Shown: positions 46,879 through 55,840 of the stretch, piece by piece
Position numbering within the stretch: the first letter of the stretch is position 1
How the letters are laid out: every line of letters begins with the position of its first letter
Origin: an uncultured Candidatus Saccharibacteria bacterium
GTDB taxonomy: Bacteria; Patescibacteriota; Minisyncoccia; Phycocordibacterales; DATDWN01
Length of the DNA: 64,000 nucleotides
Direction of reading: 5' to 3'
NCBI GenBank assembly: GCA_964469605.1
Contig: CAYXZA010000001.1
Span: 6,899-70,898, forward strand
Notes under the pieces: generated by a model
The model's input: the letters and a program-made list of their open reading frames with translations, nothing else
What the model was told of the DNA's origin: nothing
Databases searched by the model: none
Position numbers and translations under genes: made by a program

Positions 46879-49497
46879 TTATTTATTTCCACAAGTTATA
46901 TAACTAATCTTTCCTCTTGTTATAGATCCAACAAAACCAGTTGGAGATATACCATTATCACTTTGAAATCTTTTTACAGCTTGAAATGTTAATATTCCAA
47001 AATAACCAGTTGGTTCTGAATTCAAATAACCTTTAAACTGCAAGAAATCTTGTAAAGCAGAAACTTCTTGGTTTGTTGTAATATCTTTTGATCTGTATCT
47101 AAGATTATTTTGTAAGTTCAAACAAGAACCAGCAGATTGATCCTGTGTATCCACATCACCAACAACAGGGTCATGTTGATTTACAGTTGGAGTTGTTGAT
47201 GGTGTTTGTACAGTAAGTATATTAGCTGAACTTAAAACAGTTAAATAAACTGCACTACTAATAGCTGAACCTTCACCTACTTGAATAGAATGTGATCCAA
47301 TGGAAATGTTTGATGGAACTGTAAATGTTATAGAGGTTGGAGATATAAAACTTGTATTAGACTTAATTGAATTACCATCAATAGAAACATAAGTGTTGTA
47401 GTTAAAATTTGTCCCAGAAACAGTAACTTGACCACCTTGTAAAGCATACATTGGACTTATTGATGAGATTGTTGGAGCTTTTAGGAAATTATCATTTATA
47501 CCTGAAAAATTAGATGAGAGAGTTTCAACAATATTTATAGTAAAGAAATTACTAAGAGGACCAGAACCTTCAACCACTTGAACAGTATGTGATCCAAAAG
47601 AAATATTTGGTGGAAGTATGAATTTAAGAGAAGTCTTTGAAACAACATCAAAAGTTGGCTTGATTACATATCTTCCATTATCAATATAGACATAAGTTTT
47701 ATCACTAAAATTTGTTCCAGAAACATAAACAGTAGATCCTTGTAAAATATTAGATGTTGGACTTATTGAAGATATTGTTGGATTTTGTGAAGCTGAAACA
47801 ACAGTTAAATAAACTGGGTTGCTAAGGGGAAGACCAGATCCTGTCTCACCTACTTGTATAGTATGTGATCCAACAGAAAGATTTGATGGAACTGAAAATG
47901 TTATAGCAGTTGGAGATATAGAATTAGGTGTAATTGTCTGACTTCCATTATTTACAGATATGTAAGTTTTGTTGGTAAAGTTTGTTCCGTAAATATGAAC
48001 TGAACCACCTACAAAAGCTGATGTTGGAGACATTGATGAGATTGTTGGATTTTGTGATGAAACAACATTTAAATTAACCGCATTGCTAAGTGGAAAATTA
48101 GATGCTTTTTCACTAACTTGAACAGTATGAGTACCCATACTAATATTTGATGGAACTACAAAACTAATTGATGTGTCAGAAATCAAAGTTGGAGTAATTG
48201 TTTGTCCGTATGCTCCATCTAAAGCAACAAAAATACCTTGATTGAAATTTGTTCCGTAGATATAAACTAAACTGCCCGGTAAAGCTGATGTTGGAGACAT
48301 TGAAGATATTGTTGGAGGTTGAGGTGAGACAACATTTAAATTAACTATGTTACTAAATGGAAGCACAGATGACAAAACACCAACACTAACAGTATGTGAT
48401 CCAACAGAAAGGTTTGATGGAACTGTAAATTTAAGAGTAGTTGGAGATATAAAATTAGGTGTAATTCTTTGACCGTTACTATCAAAAGCAACGACAGTAT
48501 TATTGGTAAAATTTGTTCCGTAGATATAAACTTCATTTCCTAATAAAACCGATGTTGGACTTATTGAAGATATTGTTGGATTTTGTGAAGCTGAAACAAC
48601 AGTTAAATAAACTGGGTTGCTAAGGGGAAGACCAGATCCTGTCTCACCTACTTGTATAGTATGTGATCCAACAGAAAGATTTGATGGAACTGAAAATGTT
48701 ATAGCAGTTGGAGATATAGAATTAGGTGTAATTGTCTGACTTCCATTATTTACAGATATGTAAGTTTTGTTGGTAAAGTTTGTTCCGTAAATATGAACTG
48801 AACCACCTACAAAAGCTGATGTTGGAGACATTGATGAGATTGTTGGATTTTGTGATGAAACAACATTTAAATTAACCGCATTGCTAAGTGGAAAATTAGA
48901 TGCTTTTTCACTAACTTGAACAGTATGAGTACCCATACTAATATTTGATGGAACTACAAAACTAATTGATGTGTCAGAAATCAAAGTTGGAGTAATTGTT
49001 TGTCCGTATGCTCCATCTAAAGCAACAAAAATACCTTGATTGAAATTTGTTCCGTAGATATAAACTAAACTGCCCGGTAAAGCTGATGTTGGAGACATTG
49101 AAGATATTGTTGGAGGTTGAGGGGTTGTAGTATTTCCAATTGAAAAGACTCCACTTATAGCACCAGTTTGAGATGGTCCTTGAAAATTTACAGTATAAGA
49201 ACCAGCTGGAATATCTGTTGGAACTGTCCAATTAAATTGAGAACTACTTGTATTTATTGAACCTAAATATTTTGGACCATTTACACCAAGACTACGACCA
49301 TAAAGATAAATTGAATAGCCACTTATTGGATTAAAAGAAGAGTCAAAATCCCAACCAGACCACTTGAAACTATATGTCTGTCCTGAAACAAGATTCTCTC
49401 CCCCAGTTGGATATAAAATAGTAAAAGGGCCACCGCCAGCATAGACTGATCCGGAAAACAAAAAACTGAAAATAAAAATGCCTAGTATTTTTTTCAT
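46879..49497 (-). CDS. Surface protein with about 8 IPT/TIG-like repeats and a C-terminal peptidoglycan-binding-like domain
   Basis: A signal peptide is followed by repeated ~85 aa modules (PTISSMSPTSA..G..V.IYGTNF...). The C-terminus VKRFQSDNGISPTGFVGSITRGKI matches the PG-binding motif of the 57-3467 product. Confidence 0.6.
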   Translation of the reverse strand: MKKILGIFIFSFLFSGSVYAGGGPFTILYPTGGENLVSGQTYSFKWSGWDFDSSFNPISGYSIYLYGRSLGVNGPKYLGSINTSSSQFNWTVPTDIPAGSYTVNFQGPSQTGAISGVFSIGNTTTPQPPTISSMSPTSALPGSLVYIYGTNFNQGIFVALDGAYGQTITPTLISDTSISFVVPSNISMGTHTVQVSEKASNFPLSNAVNLNVVSSQNPTISSMSPTSAFVGGSVHIYGTNFTNKTYISVNNGSQTITPNSISPTAITFSVPSNLSVGSHTIQVGETGSGLPLSNPVYLTVVSASQNPTISSISPTSVLLGNEVYIYGTNFTNNTVVAFDSNGQRITPNFISPTTLKFTVPSNLSVGSHTVSVGVLSSVLPFSNIVNLNVVSPQPPTISSMSPTSALPGSLVYIYGTNFNQGIFVALDGAYGQTITPTLISDTSISFVVPSNISMGTHTVQVSEKASNFPLSNAVNLNVVSSQNPTISSMSPTSAFVGGSVHIYGTNFTNKTYISVNNGSQTITPNSISPTAITFSVPSNLSVGSHTIQVGETGSGLPLSNPVYLTVVSASQNPTISSISPTSNILQGSTVYVSGTNFSDKTYVYIDNGRYVIKPTFDVVSKTSLKFILPPNISFGSHTVQVVEGSGPLSNFFTINIVETLSSNFSGINDNFLKAPTISSISPMYALQGGQVTVSGTNFNYNTYVSIDGNSIKSNTSFISPTSITFTVPSNISIGSHSIQVGEGSAISSAVYLTVLSSANILTVQTPSTTPTVNQHDPVVGDVDTQDQSAGSCLNLQNNLRYRSKDITTNQEVSALQDFLQFKGYLNSEPTGYFGILTFQAVKRFQSDNGISPTGFVGSITRGKISYITCGNK
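47753..49122. repeat. Two near-identical ~572 bp direct repeats (47753-48324 and 48551-49122; 798 bp offset) within the IPT/TIG gene
   Basis: Long identical DNA stretches give identical antisense ORF translations, duplicating three IPT modules. Confidence 0.75.
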
Positions 49498-49613
49498 AAT
49501 TAAATATTTTGATTATTTACAATATGTTCAATTATACAATAAAAATAATATATTATCAAATACTATACTTATCCACAACTATCCCATAAAAGCATCATAT
49601 TTAGAGCAATGGC

Positions 49614-49771
49614 TGATTTTATTCGAGAAATACCCCGCAGCTTTGCTGTGGGGATTGGTAAAAGAGTGTCAGTGGTGGCCGACTCCTATACGAATATAAG
49701 AGCATTGGTTCGCCTCGCCAATACCTCGTCTGCTCTGCAGCGAGGATCAGGCGAGGCTACTGCTTTTATTT
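49614..49771 (+). repeat. Intergenic repeat family 2, copy 2 (with inserted nested hairpin gcctcgcc...ggcgaggc and a T-run)
   Basis: tgattttattcgagaaataccccgcagctttgctgtggggattgg ... gcctcgccaatacctcgtctgctctgcagcgaggatcaggcgaggctactgcttttattt. Confidence 0.4.
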
Positions 49772-51577
49772 AAAACCACTTGCTTGGATATTGAATAATT
49801 GATGATATAGTGATTTGTTTTTTATAAGAACCTTATGTGTCCCCTCTTCTTTTAACTGACCGTCTTCTAGAACTATTATATGATCACATTCTTTTATCAT
49901 AGAAAAATCATGTGATACTAATATTATGGTTTGATTGTTTGGTAAAGTATTTAATGATTGAAATATTTTTGCTTCAGATTCTGCATCCACAGAAGCCGTT
50001 GGTTCATCTAAAACCATTACAAAACCATTTCTATATAAAATTTTTGCAATAGCCAACTTCTGCTTTTGTCCTTTTGAAGGTTCAACTCCTTTAAATTCAA
50101 CTCCAATCTGATGGTCATATCCATCTTCCCATTTTTCAACAAATTCACTTACCTGACTTATTTTAGATGATTTTACAACAAGCTCATCATCAATAGGAAC
50201 ATTTGACCTACCAATAGCAATAGCTTGTTTTACTTTAAAATCATAACTGGCATAATCTTGTAACATAACAGAAAGATAACTCCACCACTTATCTAAATCA
50301 ACATCTTTTAGATCAATACCATTTATTAAAATCCTTCCTTCTGTTGGATCATACACCCTACAAAGTAGTTTTATAAGTGTCGTCTTCCCAGCACCATTGT
50401 TCCCAACCAAACCAATCTTAAAACCACCTTTGAAAATTAAGTTTAAATTTTTTAAGACAAATTTTTCATCTTTTTGATTTGGATATTTGAAACTAACATT
50501 TTCAAATACTATATCAGGAGGGTTTTTCAAATCAAGATCAACTGGATTTTCACTTCTTTTTACAAAAGGTTTTGTATTAAATACCTGCAACAAATCACCT
50601 ACTATCATATTTTGTTCAAGAGATTGTGATAATTGTGAAATAAAATCTACAAAATAAGCACTTATATTATCAAGTGTTCTTAAAATATATATCATTGAAC
50701 CAATCATTATAATACCAGACAACACATCCCTAAACACTAAATAAAAAGAGAGGGTAAAACCTAATAGATAAATTATTTCTGCAATAAAAGTATATGATGT
50801 TTTTGATTTTTCAACTGAAATTTGCTTTTTATTGAAGTTTTCAAGTATCTCTTTTGACCATGAAAGAAGTATGTCTTTGCTTTGTAGAAGTTTTGTTTCT
50901 ATTAAATTACTTTTTGATACAAAATGCATTCTTATATCAGAAAATCTTCTTTGTTCGGGAGAATCTTTTGCCCAAATACTATAAACACTTTTACCATAAC
51001 GATACTGAACAAAAAAACTGGGCAAAGAAGATAATATAATTATAAAATAAACCCACGGATTAAATATTGTAGCTAAAATAGAACCAACTATAAAAAATAT
51101 AAGTGCCCTAATTACACCAAAATTGGACTGCCAAAATTCTAAGATAGGCCAAAAACTTTGCCTAAAAGCTCTTTGGTATAAATCTTGAAATTCTGAGTCT
51201 TCATAATGAGCTATATCTATAACCTCTCTTTTTCTTATAGATTCAACTTCCATAAAAGAAGAAAATTTATATCTAGCAATTTTATTATAATAATTTACAA
51301 TACTTGAAATTAAAGATGGTAGTGAATTTAACAATGCATAAATAGAAAAAACATAAAATAAACTTGATTGAAAACTAAAAGAATTGCTTTTTGAAACATA
51401 TAAAGAAACTTCATTTATTAACAATCCTAAATAGTATGCTGATAGATATGGAAAAGATGCCCTAATAAATGTAAGAAAAAATATAATACTAACCTCTTTT
51501 TTAGATACAGACCAAAAATAACGAAAAGATTCTCTTGAATTCTTTATATAGCTTTTAAAATTATTTTTCTTATCCAT
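49766..51577 (-). CDS. ABC transporter, fused permease/ATP-binding (exporter type, MsbA-like)
   Basis: N-terminal transmembrane domain. Walker A (GLVGNNGAGKTTL), signature LSKGQKQKL and Walker B (VLDEPTASVD). Confidence 0.85.
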   Translation of the reverse strand: MDKKNNFKSYIKNSRESFRYFWSVSKKEVSIIFFLTFIRASFPYLSAYYLGLLINEVSLYVSKSNSFSFQSSLFYVFSIYALLNSLPSLISSIVNYYNKIARYKFSSFMEVESIRKREVIDIAHYEDSEFQDLYQRAFRQSFWPILEFWQSNFGVIRALIFFIVGSILATIFNPWVYFIIILSSLPSFFVQYRYGKSVYSIWAKDSPEQRRFSDIRMHFVSKSNLIETKLLQSKDILLSWSKEILENFNKKQISVEKSKTSYTFIAEIIYLLGFTLSFYLVFRDVLSGIIMIGSMIYILRTLDNISAYFVDFISQLSQSLEQNMIVGDLLQVFNTKPFVKRSENPVDLDLKNPPDIVFENVSFKYPNQKDEKFVLKNLNLIFKGGFKIGLVGNNGAGKTTLIKLLCRVYDPTEGRILINGIDLKDVDLDKWWSYLSVMLQDYASYDFKVKQAIAIGRSNVPIDDELVVKSSKISQVSEFVEKWEDGYDHQIGVEFKGVEPSKGQKQKLAIAKILYRNGFVMVLDEPTASVDAESEAKIFQSLNTLPNNQTIILVSHDFSMIKECDHIIVLEDGQLKEEGTHKVLIKNKSLYHQLFNIQASGFK

Positions 51578-51580
51578 TGT

Positions 51581-51610
51581 TTTTATTCGTTTGTGCCCAA
51601 GGAGGGACTT
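51581..51610 (-). repeat. Direct repeat duplicating the last 17 nt of tRNA-Leu plus 13 nt of its 3' flank
   Basis: 30 bp at 51581-51610 are identical to 51747-51776. The intervening 136 bp contain tRNA T-arm-like gttcaagtccc and a 9 bp hairpin (ggatttgcg/cgcaaatcc). Confidence 0.6.
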
Positions 51611-51759
51611 TCCCTCATAAATCCTAATTTCGTCAAATTAAGATTTATTGGGCACCGGATTTGCGACAAAGTCTGCTGACTTCGTAAACCGCAAATCCGT
51701 TCAAGTCCCTTCGTAAATCTGCGATTTACCCCTTGGTCAAAACTCATTTTATTCGTTTG

Positions 51760-51841
51760 TGCCCAAGGAGGGACTTGAACCCTCAAGGATCGCTCCATAC
51801 GCACCTCAAGCGTACGCGTATACCAGTTCCGCCACCTGGGC
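51760..51841 (-). tRNA. tRNA-Leu (anticodon GAG)
   Basis: Reverse complement GCCCAGGTGGCGGAACTGG...TACGC-TTGAGGT-GCGTA...GAGGGTTCAAGTCCCTC-CTTGGGC-A. It has a type II variable arm and is 82 nt long. Confidence 0.8.
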
Positions 51842-51891
51842 AATTGAATATATACTAACAAAAAAACACCTTTTAGGCGATTTTTTGTTGA

Positions 51892-52290
51892 TTATTCTGA
51901 CTTTGTATCTTCTGAAACTTCCGCTTTCTCAACCTCTTTAACAGCTCTAACATTTCTCATTTGTCTTCTTATTTCCTTAGCCGCCTTGTCTCTTATGTGA
52001 TACAGTTTTGATTTTCTAACTTTTGACCTCTTTAAAATTTCAATAGAATCTATAATAGGAGAATACAAAGGATATATTCTCTCAACTCCAATACCGTTTG
52101 ATACTTTTCTTACAGTAAAAGTAGCACCAGCTTCTTTGCCGTGTTTTTTTGCTATAATCAAACCTTCAAAAGCTTGGAGTCTTGTTTTTCCCTTTTCTTG
52201 GATTTTTTGCCAAACCTTTACAGTATCCCCTGATCTCATATCAAGATTTGATCTTTCCTCTATTTTTACTGGTGAAATTATATTTATCAT
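51892..52290 (-). CDS. rplS: 50S ribosomal protein L19
   Basis: ...FRSGDTVKV-like MRSGDTVKVWQKIQEKGKTRLQAFEGLIIAKK... is characteristic of L19. Confidence 0.9.
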   Translation of the reverse strand: MINIISPVKIEERSNLDMRSGDTVKVWQKIQEKGKTRLQAFEGLIIAKKHGKEAGATFTVRKVSNGIGVERIYPLYSPIIDSIEILKRSKVRKSKLYHIRDKAAKEIRRQMRNVRAVKEVEKAEVSEDTKSE

Positions 52291-52317
52291 TGCGAAAACA
52301 AGTCTAACATATAAAAA

Positions 52318-53040
52318 TTAAATTCGCAAATCCTTGAATTTAGTTAAAGCTTTTTTAAAATCATCTGGAAAATCAGATTCAACTTTAATCATTTGACCAT
52401 CTAAATTTTGAAATTCAATACTTTTTGCATGAAGTGCAGTTCTATTGAAACCAATTTTAGATCTAACAGTTGGTCCATATAAACTATCAGAAACAACAGG
52501 GTGTCCTATACTCTTTAAATGAACTCTAATTTGGTGTGTTCTACCTGTTTTTGGAATAACTTTTAAAAAAGAAAAATTTGGTATTTCACCTAAAACTACA
52601 TAATTTGTTATAGCATCTCTTTTATCACCTTTCATACTTCTCTCTGTTGTCTTTTTTCTAAAATCATAATCACTTCTACCAATCTGCTTATCTATTATCC
52701 CTCTTTTTATTTTTAAATTCCCATAAACAAAAACATTGTATATTTTTTTTATAGTGTGATTTTGAAACTGCTCTTTTAAAAAAGAAAATCCTTCTTTGGT
52801 TTTAGCTAAAATCAAAACACCAGAAGTGTCTTTATCTAACCTATGAACAATCCCCGATCTTTTTATAACACCACTATCAGTATAGATATCCTCTCCTACA
52901 TTTTTAGATCTAGGATAATTTTCAACAAACCAGTCAGAAATAGTTTTTTCTTTACCTTTACCATCACTATGAACTAAAACCCCAAAAGGTTTGTCTATAA
53001 CTAAAATATTCTTATCTTCGTATAATATTTTTATCTTCAT
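52318..53040 (-). CDS. RluA-family pseudouridine synthase (RluD/RluC-like)
   Basis: Catalytic motif GIVHRLDKDTSGVLILAKT (HRLD). Confidence 0.85.
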   Translation of the reverse strand: MKIKILYEDKNILVIDKPFGVLVHSDGKGKEKTISDWFVENYPRSKNVGEDIYTDSGVIKRSGIVHRLDKDTSGVLILAKTKEGFSFLKEQFQNHTIKKIYNVFVYGNLKIKRGIIDKQIGRSDYDFRKKTTERSMKGDKRDAITNYVVLGEIPNFSFLKVIPKTGRTHQIRVHLKSIGHPVVSDSLYGPTVRSKIGFNRTALHAKSIEFQNLDGQMIKVESDFPDDFKKALTKFKDLRI

Positions 53041-53043
53041 AAA

Positions 53044-53736
53044 TTATTTACCCATTCTTCTTTGTCTTTTATTGTAGCTTTCTAAAATACCCTTAAATTC
53101 TTCTTTTGTAAAATCTGGCCACATAGTCTCTGTAAAGAAAAATTCACTATAAACCGATTGCCAAGGTAAAAAACCTGAAAGTCTTTGCTCACCAGAAGTT
53201 CGGATTATTATATCAGGATCTTTGATTTCAGATGAATACAAATTGTCACTAATATCTTTTTCAGTTATCTTTACTGTATTATTATTTTTTTCTAAAAATT
53301 GGTTAACGGCATAGACAATCTCCCCTCTGCCACCATAAGACAAACACAAAACCAATGTAAAACCACTGTTTTCTTTTGTTTTGTTTTGCAACTCTATCAT
53401 CTTTTCATAAATATCTTTTGGAAACTTTGATATATTGCCAGCAAAAACAATTTTTACTTTCTCTTTTACAAATTTATCATCTTCTTCAAAAATAATTTTT
53501 TTTATTAAAGAGATTAAAAAAGAAACCTCTTCTTCTGACCTTTTCCAGTTTTCCTCTGAAAAAACATAAGAATAAACGGTTTTAACTCCAAATTCCCTTG
53601 CCCAATTTAAAAAATCTTTAAATATAGCATAACCAGCAGTATGACCTTCAAAACCTTGTTTACCTTTTTGTTTTGCCCACCTCCTGTTTCCGTCCATAAT
53701 AACTCCAACAGATAGAGAGCTGTTTTCATTTTCCAT
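53044..53736 (-). CDS. uppS: Isoprenyl transferase (undecaprenyl diphosphate synthase)
   Basis: VGVIMDGNRRWAK, the cis-IPPS signature. Length 230 aa. Confidence 0.9.
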   Translation of the reverse strand: MENENSSLSVGVIMDGNRRWAKQKGKQGFEGHTAGYAIFKDFLNWAREFGVKTVYSYVFSEENWKRSEEEVSFLISLIKKIIFEEDDKFVKEKVKIVFAGNISKFPKDIYEKMIELQNKTKENSGFTLVLCLSYGGRGEIVYAVNQFLEKNNNTVKITEKDISDNLYSSEIKDPDIIIRTSGEQRLSGFLPWQSVYSEFFFTETMWPDFTKEEFKGILESYNKRQRRMGK

Positions 53737-53804
53737 AATACATTAAAGCATAGCAAAAAAATGCTCTTGTAAAAAGGGTCGTTTTGATATAAAATGACTT
53801 TAAT

Positions 53805-53877
53805 GCGCGATTAGCTCAGTTGGTAGAGCAACCCGTTTACACCGGGAAGGTCATAGGTTCGAGTCCTGTATCGCGCA
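53805..53877 (+). tRNA. tRNA-Val (anticodon TAC)
   Basis: GCGCGATTAGCTCAGTTGGTAGAGC-A-ACCCG-TTTACAC-CGGGA-AGGTC-ATAGGTTCGAGTCCTGT-ATCGCGC-A. Confidence 0.85.
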
Positions 53878-53926
53878 CCTTAAACGAACTAAACGGCTTT
53901 GAAAAAGCCGTTTAGTTCGTTTAAGG
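53878..53926. repeat. Near-perfect 23 bp-stem palindrome between tRNA-Val and the left TIR
   Basis: ccttaaacgaactaaacggcttt-gaaaa-agccgtttagttcgtttaagg. Confidence 0.7.
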
Positions 53927-54124
53927 TGCATTTATATTACCAAATCCGAACCTATTTTGAAAATCTATAAAATGGATGAATTTTTGCGAAATATATTTTC
54001 TAGGGAAAGGATTCGCAAAAATTCGGCTAGTGTTTTCTGAAATGTGGACTCGCCCGCCCGCAGAAAGGGGTCTGGGGAATGAATGCGGGCGGGTTTCGGG
54101 TTTTTTGTTTTTGGCGAGGCGGGC
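53925..54124 (+). repeat. Left terminal inverted repeat
   Basis: See the element above. Contains the GC hairpin cccgcccgca...tgcgggcggg. Confidence 0.7.
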
Positions 54125-54508
54125 TTCAAAAGAACTTGCAAAATACCGAATCGTATACTATCATACCCGTATGAGTTTTTCAGTTAAATTTTCCGCAAAT
54201 TACTATTATACCCGCCCTGTGGGACGGTCTTCTTTTTGTTAACTGATTTTTACTAAAAACAGAGCACAAAAGACCGCCCCAAAGGCGGTCTTTTGTTTAT
54301 TACTTACACATTATGATTCTAAAAAAATTACAAACAAATAGCATTTATTATTACGGCTCTTTGCAAGAGACTTGTTTCAAGGTGCCGAAATAATTTTTTT
54401 AAAATTTCGACTCCTCCAACTGGTCTCTTGCGAGACCAGTTTTTATTTGGGTGAAGGAATCTACCCATGCAAGTGATTCCAAAATAGTTCTTTAAAAAGG
54501 AGGAGACC

Positions 54509-55036
54509 ATGAATAAAAAAGTGGTTCTCTTGGCAGGCTTACCTGGTGTGGGTAAGTCAACTCTGGCGCGAAAGATTGCCAACAAAGAGTGTGGCTTGGT
54601 TTTGGACATTGACGAAATTAAAAGAAAGATTGTCGATCCAAAACTCGTCACGTCAACCATTGACCCACCGGAAGTTAGGTGGCGATGTTACGAGGAAGCC
54701 GCGGAAAAGGTTTTCTTTCTCCTTGAAAAAGGAGCGTCTACAATTATTATGGACGAGGTATTTCATTTGGCGATTCTCCGCCAAAAACTGGAAGAACTTT
54801 TCCTTCAAAAAGGAATTGAAGTTTTCTGGTTGGAAGTACGTTGCTCACATGTCGAGGTTGAGCGACGGCTTCGTGAGAAATCTCGAAATGGACATATTCT
54901 CTCGACAGATGAGGCGTTGAAAATGAATCTTCTTTTCGAGGGAATCTTCGAAAGATTTCCTGAAGGAAAGAAAAATCATATCATCTTCAGAAATGAAGCT
55001 GGTTGTGATTTTGAAAAATTGGCATTCAACCCTTAA
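54509..55036 (+). CDS. P-loop NTPase kinase (AAA_33 / polynucleotide-kinase / zeta-toxin-like fold)
   Basis: Walker A VVLLAGLPGVGKSTLARKIA near the N-terminus, a DE Walker-B-like IIMDEVF, and a lid-like RRLREKSRNGH. It is preceded by a canonical SD (aaaaaggaggagaccATG). Confidence 0.6.
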   Translation: MNKKVVLLAGLPGVGKSTLARKIANKECGLVLDIDEIKRKIVDPKLVTSTIDPPEVRWRCYEEAAEKVFFLLEKGASTIIMDEVFHLAILRQKLEELFLQKGIEVFWLEVRCSHVEVERRLREKSRNGHILSTDEALKMNLLFEGIFERFPEGKKNHIIFRNEAGCDFEKLAFNP

Positions 55037-55045
55037 ATGGGTATT

Positions 55046-55088
55046 GAGGGTTGGTGCAGTGGAAACTTGCACCAACCCTCTTTTGTTG
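55046..55088 (+). terminator. Rho-independent terminator after the kinase gene
   Basis: gagggttggtgca-gtggaaact-tgcaccaaccctc followed by ttttgttg. Confidence 0.55.
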
Positions 55089-55126
55089 AATAAAATCTGA
55101 ATTACTAATATAATAAAAATATTCTT

Positions 55127-55840
55127 ATGACTAATACATTACAAAAAATCAAAAATCTTGCTCTAAAAATAGATAACGATATTGCTTTTGGTGGAAAGTC
55201 AAAAGGTAATAAGCATTTGCTTAGAGTTGTTAAGGTGGCAAAATTTCTCGCACAAAAAACTGGAGCAGATTTGTTTATAAGTATAGCTGGAGCGTATTTA
55301 CACGATACTGCCTTACCCTCTGGAAATGACTACAATTACAAAAATAATAAAGAAATAGTAAAAGATTTACTCAAATCTTTTACTATTTCCAAAAAAGAGC
55401 TAGATGGAATAGCGGAGTGCGTGGCTTCTCATGAAGGTACATTTAAGCCAAAAAGTTTAGAAGCAAAAGTTGTTCATGATTCAGATGTTCTTGAAAAAAC
55501 TGGATTATTGGGGATTATTCGTCACACATGGAAATTAACCAATTCGGGAAAGATTAATCATAAAAATATAACGGATAAAGATGTCAAATTAGTTATTGAC
55601 CATATAGATTGGCGTAGAAAAAAATTACAAACACCTATTGCAAAAAAGATTGCAAAATTTTTAACAATACCAATAAATAAAGAGAAAGCAAAAATCATTG
55701 TATCAATATCATCAGAATTAGCTTTCAATAGTGTTGTCACTGAAAAAATAGCTGTAGCTTTACGAAAACATTTAAACAAAAAAGAAAATGAAAAGCTCAA
55801 AGAGCAATTAAATTTAGCTTATTTGAATAAGTTTAAATAA
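55127..55840 (+). CDS. HD-domain metal-dependent phosphohydrolase
   Basis: Full HD pattern: H (NKHLLRV), HD (AYLHDTALP), H (VASHEGTF), H...D (VVHDSDVLEKTG). Confidence 0.7.
   Translation: MTNTLQKIKNLALKIDNDIAFGGKSKGNKHLLRVVKVAKFLAQKTGADLFISIAGAYLHDTALPSGNDYNYKNNKEIVKDLLKSFTISKKELDGIAECVASHEGTFKPKSLEAKVVHDSDVLEKTGLLGIIRHTWKLTNSGKINHKNITDKDVKLVIDHIDWRRKKLQTPIAKKIAKFLTIPINKEKAKIIVSISSELAFNSVVTEKIAVALRKHLNKKENEKLKEQLNLAYLNKFK

Noticed and set aside
51583-51861. 92 aa minus-strand ORF overlapping tRNA-Leu
   Set aside because: It overlaps a confidently folded tRNA gene and its duplicated 3' end, and is an artefact of the ORF scan.
53976-54242. 88 aa plus-strand ORF inside the left TIR
   Set aside because: It lies within the inverted-repeat sequence, and its composition is driven by the GC hairpins.
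54328-54920. ORFs 54328-54660 (-) and 54546-54920 (+) inside the TIR element
   Set aside because: Both overlap the P-loop kinase gene, which has a clear Walker A motif and a strong SD, in other frames. I regard them as spurious.
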